From the human T2T-CHM13v2.0 reference genome, Homo sapiens, in the NCBI RefSeq assembly GCF_009914755.1, contig NC_060928.1: DNA of 64,000 bases; one strand, given 5' to 3'. A program made the translations under genes and the position numbers. Below are positions 53,732-64,000 of the stretch, in pieces. How positions within the stretch are numbered: position 1 is the first letter of the stretch; every line of letters begins with the position of its first letter. Under the pieces are notes generated by a model. That model had not been told where the DNA came from. It saw only the letters and a list, made by a program, of their open reading frames with translations, and made no database searches.

Positions 53732-54977
53732 CTAAGCTTGATATAAATATAAATATGAGAAAGTATTATTTCACAGGAATAAAAGATCAAATTCTAATTT
53801 GTGACTATATGAATGAGATAAAATCGTTGTCAATTACTAGATATTCTTCCCTGTTTTCTTGTTCTGAAAATTCAGTCTATTTTTGTGGATTATATTGATG
53901 GGGACTTTTTTTAGGCTAAATAAACTCAACTACTGTGTTTTACAAACACTGGGGGAACAGCCAAACTTTGATTATCCTTTGCCAAAAACTTGGTCACTTC
54001 TAAATGCATTTATACTTGAAAAAGAAATTTTCCTTACACATACCTAAATGGTTTACCCACCCAAAAACTGTGAAAACTCATTCAAAGCCAAATCTGTTTT
54101 ATTTATTGATATATCTCAAAATATATGTGATATATTTTGTCTTCCAGTGGAATGCACGGTCCACATTCACATTTTTCCCTCTAAACACCAATTAAAATTC
54201 AGAACTTCTGGTGAAATGGAAGGAAGGAAGTCCAATGTGGCTGAGAAATTCTGGATTCAGATGTTGCTCTAGGACTCAGCAGCTGGAAAAATTTGGCCAT
54301 GTTGCTTAATCTGGTGTTTCTCAACCTAGTGACACCTTAGAAACATCTAGAAGCTTTAAAACATGATTACACAGGTCTCACCCTTCTCCCAGGCATGGTT
54401 TAAATAGGTTGGCATGGAATCTAGGCCCTTATATCTCTTAAAAGCTTCCCTTGTAATGGTCAAGCAGAGTTGCTAGAATCTGAGGCAGGGTTAATAACCC
54501 CTTCTGTGGGGGAAAAAAAAAAAATCTTTGAGACTCAATGGAAATAATGCATTTTAACATTTAAAAATTTTAAAACACTGTAAAGTTAACGATGATGAGG
54601 TAATATGACAGAAGACCAATAAGACCAATAAACATTGCCTGATTTTCAGTTTCAGTTTACATAATGAGTAAAACCACCTCAAAATATTTAATGGGCAAAG
54701 GTTTATATTATCACTGTTATGGTTTTGTTACTTCATTTATTTGTCCAAGAAGTCTTGGCTTATTTATTATTTCTCACAGGATATGTGACAAAAATAATTT
54801 TGTAATATTGCTAATATAAAAGATTCTTTCTATTATTTATTTAGACATGAAATGACTAGACAGAGCCTTACCCTTATTATGAAATTGGCATTTTTATTAC
54901 CATGTAAATTTTTTTTTACTTGTGTATCTTAGATTTATTAAACAGTTTGATAATCTTTCTCAAGACTTACATGCTAT

Positions 54978-55299
54978 TATTTTTGTTTTTGCTTTTTTTT
55001 TTTTTTTTTTTTTTTTTGAGATGGAGTATTGTTCTGTCACCCAGGCTGGAGTGCAGTGGCATGATCTCGGCTCACTGCAGACACTGCCTCCTGGGTTCAA
55101 GTGATTCTCCTGCCTCAGCCTCCTGAGTAGCTGGGATTACAGGTGCCTGCCACCAGGCCTGGCTAATTTTTGTATTTTTAGTAGAGATGGGGTTTCATCA
55201 TGTTGGCCAGGCTGGTCTCAAACTCCTGACCTCAGGTGATCCTCCCACCTGGGCCTCCCAAAGTGCTGGGATTACAGGCATGAGCCACTGCGCCCAACC
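54978..55299 (-). mobile_element. AluSx-like
   Basis: Full Alu with a long T tail. Confidence 0.92.
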
Positions 55300-55372
55300 T
55301 GTTTTCACTTATTTTTAAGCAAGAAGAACATGCATATCCTGTAGGTTATTGGCTCCCTATGATTATTTGAGA

Positions 55373-55750
55373 TGTCTTGGGTTGGATTCCCTAGAAGCAG
55401 AGCCTGAGATAGGGATTCAGATGTATGTGACTTATTGAAGGAGTGCTGCCAGGAGAAAGGGAGGAAGGAAAGTCAGCTTGGGCAGGGGAAGAAACCAAGC
55501 AAGGATGGAACCTCAGGAGGACTCCAGCTTTAATCTGGTCCCACAGAAAGCTGGAGAGGACCGAATTTGTCCTACTTTGAGGCAAGGGGGCTGGGCTTTT
55601 GTACCCCTGTGACAGTCAGATTTGAGCTGAGGACAATTCTCTGGAAAAGTGGAAAAGAGGGGTAGTTGCAGCCCAGCAGCCAGACAGTGCAGCTGGAGGG
55701 TGGTACACTGGAGGAGAAAGGACCTGGGAGAAGCACTGATGGCATTTAAT
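55373..55750 (-). mobile_element. LTR16-family ERVL LTR
   Basis: tgtcttgggttggattccctagaagcagagcctgagatagggattc...gaggcaagggggctgggcttttgtacccc. Confidence 0.75.
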
Positions 55751-57473
55751 TTAGGGACTGTTGCCCCCTTTAAAATGTTTTCCTCATCATTTGCCATTCC
55801 ATGTTAATAGTTTCGTTCCTTTGGATACAGTAAAAATGGGCCATGCCATAGGTTGACAACTATCAAGGGAGATAAGACAGATATTTACTGAGCACCTACT
55901 AGCTCTCAATATGCACTCAGATGATGACGTGCTGATGTTCCATTATCATTCATCAGTGTTTTCTCATGTAATTCAAGAGGTACTTTAGTGAGAAGCATGT
56001 AGTAGTCTGAGAGAAAAAAAAATCTAAGATGGGTATTTCAAGAAGAGGAGTAATTTCCAAAGAGATAATATTATATACTTTTTGAGGACATGAACCAAAT
56101 GTTAAACATTTTTGTGTATTCCCAGTGCAACATAAAAGCTATTCAGGAAATCTATGGTAAACACAGGAATATGTAAATGGTACTGGAAAATAGAATGATG
56201 ACAGAGAAGAGCTGTAAACAGAATTTTATCTATTCACAATTTTTCCTAGAGTCAAACCTGCTAAAAAAATTTAGTGGTGGAGGCGGGGAACCAAAAGGCA
56301 TGAATTATATTTAGACTTAACGAAACACAGAAGCTCCTATTAAAAAAAAGAAACTCATATTACACAAGGACAATATAGCTTTCAGGATAGCTTTCTTTTG
56401 TTCATTGAAAGAGAGTCGGTGTTATCCCGGGGAATTTTTCTTGAAAGATGATTGATTTAATGCAATTTTCTACAATTTACCAATCGTGTCAATATTCTTT
56501 GGATTCCTTCTCTGTTAACCAAAGTCAGAGTTTTGTTGATTTGATAATCATAGTGGAAAACATTTGTTTATTTCCTTACATTGTTCCCAGGCAGAATGCC
56601 CATCAGATTTTCATCAGACTTGCAAACACACTCTTCTGCCATGGAACGTGATTTCATTAAATTGTGCTGAACTTTCTTCCAGGGTCACATGAAACAAACT
56701 GCAGGTGTGAGTCAGGGTGTACCGACTCTCCTCCACTGCAGCCTGCATCCTTCTAAACTCCCATCAGCTGCTACCCGATCAAAGGCCTACAGAAAGCCCT
56801 CCTTTTCCCTGTCATCCACAAGTCCCTTTAACAATAAAGAATGCTGGTCTGCACATGGCAGTACTGGTATTTTGATCTTTTTTCATTCTCGAACTTTTGT
56901 ACCAGAAAGATCACACATTTGCAAGAATAAACACACCCACTTATTTAACTTCCTCATCTTTACCATCTTGCAGCTGTCTGAAACCTGTGATTTTTCTCCT
57001 ATGGCTCATTCAACTATTTGAGGTTTGCACTATTTTCTAGTCAAAATGCTAGCACATGTGCAAATGCAAATGTTTTATTAAAATTTAGTAAGATGCCAAG
57101 CAGCTAAATACATCTTGAGCTCAGAAATACAGATATAAATATGCTGGCCTTCATCTAGGAATAAAGCACTGTGATAAGCCAGGGCTCTCCTTTATGGGTG
57201 ACAGATTTATGGTAGTCTGTTTCTAATCTCTACATAGATGCTTTGGGCTCTCAGGAGGATGCTAGAATTGCTTGGATTGGTGAGGTCTCTAGTCACGGAA
57301 CAGAATAAAGCTATTTCACTTAAGTGCAGTGCTGTTACCTACTGGTTTTCTATTTTTCCCTTTGCTGTCCCAAGTGGGAGATGAATTTGACATGTCAAAC
57401 ACTACCCCATGTGGGATATCCAGAGTGAAGTAAAGTCTTGGCTGAGCAGCTGTAACTCCAGTACGCTTTTTAA

Positions 57474-57783
<310 letters not shown>

Positions 57784-58309
57784 AATTCTGTCCCTTTCTT
57801 TCTCACTAAAGAAGAAGATCACAATGAAAGACAAGGCAATTGGAGATCTTACAAAGAAGTATAATCTCGAATCCACTGTGCTACTATTAATTTTAAAATG
57901 TTGTTTCTTTAACTATTATAAGTACCACATGACCTGTGGTATATACTCTAATGCACCATAGCTCTGCAGATGCTGAGACCAATACAACAGGCTACTTCTA
58001 TGAAGTGGTCAATGGTTCACTGCTGATTCCTAAACACAGTCACAAGAGATAATGGGGTATCAGTGAGGACATGACTAGAGAGCATCTGAACTAGTTCTAC
58101 CTGTGCAGACACAAGTAAATCTTTCCAAGTTTTACTTCGATACCATGAGACCGGATTCGAAGATTTTCTAAAATCTCTGAACAGAATCTTAAAATCACAG
58201 TCTTAGATATGCAATAAGCAACTAATTATTCCTTAGTGATCAGCTAACAAAACTCTCTTTTACATAAAAATACAGGCCTAGAGAAGTAAGGTCAGTGGGG
58301 ATGCACACA

Positions 58310-58990
58310 GTGTTACTTGGTGAACACATGTTCTATGTCCAGTACCCAATGAGGAACTTTGCTTGGATTACATCTAATTCTTTTGACAATTGGGAAGGGT
58401 AAATGACAATCTCATTTTACAGATGAAGGAATAGGTTTTAAAAGGTTAAGTGACTTAACCAGGTTCTCACATCAAGCTAGACAGAGAATCCATCTGTCAA
58501 AACCACATATTTTCAAGTACATCCCAGGTTTTGGCAGACAGGCTCCTCCTCTTTTGAGCCTTAAAAATTCCACGAGTAACCTAAATGTCCAAAATAGGCT
58601 ACCTTAAGTACATGACTTAAAATGATGTGATTAAAAATGATGCGAATCATTCAACTATATTATTGAGTGGAAGGCAGATAATATAACAAGTTGTCCTATA
58701 AATCTACATATGTAGATAAATAAACGCATCACAATGTTCATATTGGTTGAGTTTAGGAGGTGTGATATCAGGTGAATTCCATTTTTCTTCTTTTTCTTTT
58801 TTGGAATTTCTAGTATTCTACAAGAACAACCGTGACCTTGGGAAATTTGCTTAACCATGTTGAGTCTCAGTTTGCTCATATTTAGTATCAAAATAACAAC
58901 AGAGCCTACCTTGGTTGTTGTGAGGGTTATGTGACAACAGTCTCAATCTGGTGCCTGGGTTGTTGTATGCATTAAATGTCAGTCACTTGG
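58310..58990. mobile_element. MIRs (- about 58310-58520; + about 58825-58990)
   Basis: ctcattttacagatgaaggaa...ggttaagtgactt; gtgaccttgggaaatttgcttaacc...ctcagtttgctcat. Confidence 0.7.
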
Positions 58991-61877
58991 GTAAAGGGGA
59001 ACTTTGTTTTGAAATGAGTCCTATTTTCTCTTTAATTGGTATATAATATATATTTACTTTAAAAGTCAATTAAATTAAAAATAATGTTTAAATTCTTTGA
59101 GAGATTACCATCTTTCTGGAAGATAATTGCAGTCCCTGGGAGTTACAGCCTAACCAAAGCTGGACCATAGCCTATTTTTATTGAGGCCAAGGCTTTAAGT
59201 AGTGATGTATTTAATGCCATATAATTAATATATAAAAGTTCAAAAGCTCCAGCTGGAGGCTAAACTGTGTTGTTTACCCTGTGATTTAGGTTGTGTCTCT
59301 GCATGTCCAGGAGACTAGTAAAGACTACATCTCATGTATCTGTTTGCCTGAAGGACTGAGGATTCTTTTTGGAAAAACCCTGGGGGAACACTGTAAAGAC
59401 ACTCCAGTATGAATAAAAGGCAATGAGCAGGTTTGCAGGACAGGGTTGATTTTGAGGTGTGTTTACTATACTTTGGCAAAGCAACTACAGTGTCCCACTG
59501 ATCATAATTCAAGGGGGTATGGTCCAGAGACAGCTTTAGAGAAGGTTATGCAAATTTAACAAGACTTTAAGGACTCTCCCTGAAGCAACAGTGTTCATGG
59601 ATCAATGAGTCTGTGGGCCTGCTGGTTCGAAATATTTTGGAGAAGAAAATATGCTTTCTTGTTAGGTAAATTTCAGAACCAGCTAATGTGACCCCTAAGA
59701 TCAAGAAGATGCTGTTAGAATCTCAGAGAATGTGTTAAATCAGCAACCCCTTTCCCTGGCTAATCTACCTAAAACACAGAGTGCAGCACAAATCCTCTGC
59801 TCATGTTTTAAATTTTCTCAGTGTCTTTTTAGGATGAGCCCTGACAGATAGTTGAATGACTGCCCTTTGGACAGTGGATGCAGACAGCTGAGCAAAGGGC
59901 CTGGGAATTTTGAAATACAGATCAGATGACATTCTTATAACTTAATTATCTTGAGTTCTCTAACATTCTTTTATCTGTCAACATTACCATATTAAAATTT
60001 TATCATGCCTGAAATGTTTATTCCTGCAGTCAAAATCACTCCAAGTTGCATTTTTCCCCCTCTCAAATATATTGCTATTTCACTAGATGGTTGCTTTTAT
60101 TTTATCATCCATCATGATAAAAGCCAGCATAACCTCCAGCTCAAATGTTTACTAGCAACAGATTAGCGTGTCTTACAGTGACACGACCACTCCATCGAAT
60201 GCAATTCAGAGCCTCAGCAGGCTGGAAGCTGTGACTGCCAGCATACCAAAAGGGGAAATATAAATGGCTGTGATGCTTAAACAGTCAGTTGTCAGAGCCT
60301 TCCTGGTCCCAGTAAAAAAAGACTTTTGCCATAAACATCACAGGGATGTAACATCCTTGTTTCATAAGCAAATTATGCACCTCCAGGTATGCCACTCTTT
60401 TACACTGGTCAGCATCTTTCAGAGGAGAGGTCCCTGTCTTCCTCTCCCTCATGTTCCTGGAAGGGCCTAATACCTTGAACATCTGCACTGTGTCTCATTT
60501 TTATTCCTAAAGAGAGGAGATGTGTTAATAGCTATATAGAAAGAAAATTGTTTTCAGAAGGAGTTGAGAACAGAGCTGGAAAACGATAATGTCTTCCAGA
60601 CCAGACCAACTTTTTGTCATTCAGGCAATCAGAACAGACATTTAGGATTAATGAGACAAGAGAGCTTTTCTCCGCCTGCCCCCTCCCCCCCAAATTTCTT
60701 ATTCCCCTCTAGAGCTGATTTCTTTTAATAACATCTCTTCATACTTGAATTCCCAAGCAAGAGACCCATCTTAATATTTTTAAAAGTGAGCTTTCTCTAT
60801 CAATCGGCTTATCTCACAATTTCTGACATCTGCCCTTCTCCTCCATCTATGATAATTTTAGATTGTTTGAACTCTTTTCTTCTCACAACCCTTTTGTCCT
60901 CATTTGCAACTATCCAAAATATCCTTAATACCTAATACCTACATCAATTCTCCATTGTTGAATTGGGATTCTGAATCCACTTAGTTGTATAAATACCCTT
61001 CTACCTTCTTGACTGTCTGCAGAACCCAGTCATTTGAACCTGTTTACAAATCCCTTGCCTTTGTTTCAATTTTTTCTTGTCAAGTAAAGTTCCCTTTATT
61101 TTACAAGTTTCAACTCTTTGCTGACTTTGGAGAGAAAATATGTGCCTATCATTCAGATCCAACCTGCATCATTCATGATTGTGAAGTTATTCTGATTTCA
61201 CTGAATTAGTCTCACTTTACTCCTTGTTATGTTCTCTTTCTGACATTTTAAGTGATTTGGGGGAAGTTTTTTCCTGGCTATTTTAAAGTTTTAAGTTCTT
61301 GCCTTCTACGTGGGGCCAAACCCTCATTCTTAAGAGCCTCCTGTAATATTTTGTGGTCACAGTAACTCACAAGGGTAGCTGGTTCTCCCATTGATCTTTG
61401 CTATCGCTAAGACCTATCCATCTTCATTTATCAGATACATATAGCTAGTCTGTCTCCCGCCCCCTGAGAAAAAAGAATCAGTGGGATCCCAAGGAATAAC
61501 CTAACAACATGATCATGCCACAGAATCTCCAGATACACAGTGTCTTCATCTTTCTATTTCTCTTTTGAAGTGGTTTTTGCTTTTTTCTCTCTCATCCTTT
61601 AATTTTTTAAGGCTTTTCTAAAATCTGTCTTTTTAGCTATCTTTTTATTTTCCCTTTCCTCGATAATGTTATATATGTCTTTGGGGGCTATTTTTAGGAT
61701 GTCTACACATATTTGGTGTCAGATGAAGAAATGTTTGACTGGAAATGTCAGTTGAAAGAATTAGCCAGGATTCTTCCGTAGAGAGACAGTATTAGACTAG
61801 AACTTAGATGGGTTTTTGTTCTACACAAAACTGATCTGCTCAACTCAAAGTTGCAGTGTATTAAGAAGTAACTTCGG

Positions 61878-62294
<417 letters not shown>

Positions 62295-62732
62295 TCAGTA
62301 TAGATTTTATTTTTTTAGGCACAGCAATAAAATAAGGCCCTGAGCTTATGTGCCTTTTGCTTTTTATCTTCCTTAACAGGATTTCTCAAACTTTCTCAAA
62401 TCTGCTTATCCCTCCTTCCTTTCCCTTTTCTCACATAGCTTGCTACTTCTAATCTCCTGTAGGTGGAGAAATATTCAGGTAAATATTACATGTTAAATCA
62501 TATTTACTAAGGTTCTCAGTGAGTGATCAGGAATGTAAATATAAGCTTTCATGCTAGAGTAACCCCTTTCCTGTTTATCCTGAAGTCTCAGTGATGATCT
62601 TGAGATCTCCAAGACAGCAGAAAATAGGGCATTTCTCTCACCTAAACCTGCCAAGAGAGCATTTGTATTAACCTGTAATGGTTAAAGAAGGTCTCCTATC
62701 TGTGCATTCTGAATAAATCCCCAAAATATTAG

Positions 62733-63559
62733 TGATGTGGACAGGAGGCATGGAAGTACTGGGTAGAAGAGGGCCGTCTCCAGTGAGGGCCACACTCTCA
62801 AGCCTGGGAATGTGGCCCAAAGTGAGAACCTACATTATTATTTTCCTGTTCAAATGTTGCTTTTTGGCACCCCTCCACTCCCACCCCCTCATACCCATAA
62901 ACACCCCAGGCTCCACTGGCAGAGGGGTGGCAGAGAAGCAGAGCAGCTGAGTGGCAGAGCAGAGCAGCAGAGAGGGAGAGAAGAGAAGCAGCTCGACGTC
63001 AGAGAGAAGCAGCTTGACTTCAGAGGGACGGCTTGATGGTGGGACTTCGGAGAATAGTTTGGCTAGCGATGGCCAAACTCCAGGGGAAGACCACCTCCCC
63101 ACTTCATCCCCTTTCTAGCTCCCCATCCCACTGAGAGCCACTTCTACGGCTCAATAAAATCCTCCACATTCATCACCCCTCCATTCATTCATGCAACCTG
63201 ATTCTTCCTAGATGCTGGACAAGAACTTGGGTACCAAGAGGGCAGCTGCAACAGATTGTCACCCTGACCCTCCACTGAGCTGTTAAACACTTAAGCCATC
63301 CATGGACAGCAAAGCTAAAAGAGTACACTGTAACACATGCCCTCTTGGGGCTTCAGGGGTCATGGATACCCCCCTAGATGCTGCCGTGGGGCCACACAGA
63401 GTTCTACTCCTGCCAGTGCCCAGAAGCACTCATCCTGGCTCCTGCACCCCCCCACCTGTGTGCTCCCCCTCCCATGAGGGGTTGAGAGCTATGGCCTGAG
63501 TAAATGAGGCAACCCCTTTGCAAGTCCCACAAAGGGGTGAAGGGAACTATCTCATTTTA
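62733..63559 (+). mobile_element. LTR1-family (ERV1, HUERS-P2-related) solo LTR
   Basis: tgatgtggacaggaggcatggaagtactgggtagaagaggg start; AATAAA at about 63153; 4-bp TSD ttag at 62729-62732 and 63560-63563. Confidence 0.85.
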
Positions 63560-64000
63560 TTAGTATTCTAACTTGTAGGCCTGGGAGAAAACTGAAATCC
63601 CACTCTTATAAACATATTTTTAATTTATAATTTTGGACTGCCTCCTATGTTCTATTATTTTCCTCAGCCTGGTCAACTGCTCCATTTAGAAAGGAATGAA
63701 CAAAGTACACTCATTGGTGAGCCATTGGGTGAGGTGTGTTCAGAGCTCCTGCACCCTTGATCTAGGTGATGAAAGAAGCACTTTGTCAGAGAGACTGGCT
63801 TCCTAGGCCTTCCCTTTGCTGAGCAGGTAAATGGAAATATTAGAGAATGGCTGACAGAACAGAAACACTACTGGGAAGATCTTTCTTGGTGAGTAATGAA
63901 GCATGATTCTTTCTAAATGTCAAGGTTCCCCAAGCAGGTTGAACCAGAGCAAATGCTTTCAATGATCCTTTTCACATCCTGGCTTCTCTCCTTATAAAGA

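Overview
Human (or human-lineage) non-coding genomic DNA, AT-rich, from an intron or gene desert. A human-specific L1HS pre-Ta insertion and about 15 Alus identify the origin. No protein-coding gene, RNA gene or CpG island can be supported. The ORF track is chance ORFs plus Alu, L1 and Tigger1 remnants. Much of the window is a fossil record of transposable elements: Alu J/S/Y, L1 of several ages, L2, MIR, MaLR/ERVL/ERV1 solo LTRs, a full-length Tigger1, and MER DNA-transposon MITEs, several of them nested. I found no evidence for a novel biological system. The most informative structures are: (1) a 1.08-kb L1HS pre-Ta insertion at 4720-5798 combining a twin-priming 5' inversion with a ~580-bp 3' transduction, bounded by a 14-bp TSD; (2) a perfect 47-bp non-repeat inverted duplication (26329-26375 / 27015-27061); (3) other templated-insertion scars and an L1 with two separately inverted segments; (4) several TE-free, motif-dense blocks that are candidate enhancers. 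Repeat subfamily names come from recalled consensus sequences, not a RepeatMasker run, and the boundaries of old elements are approximate.
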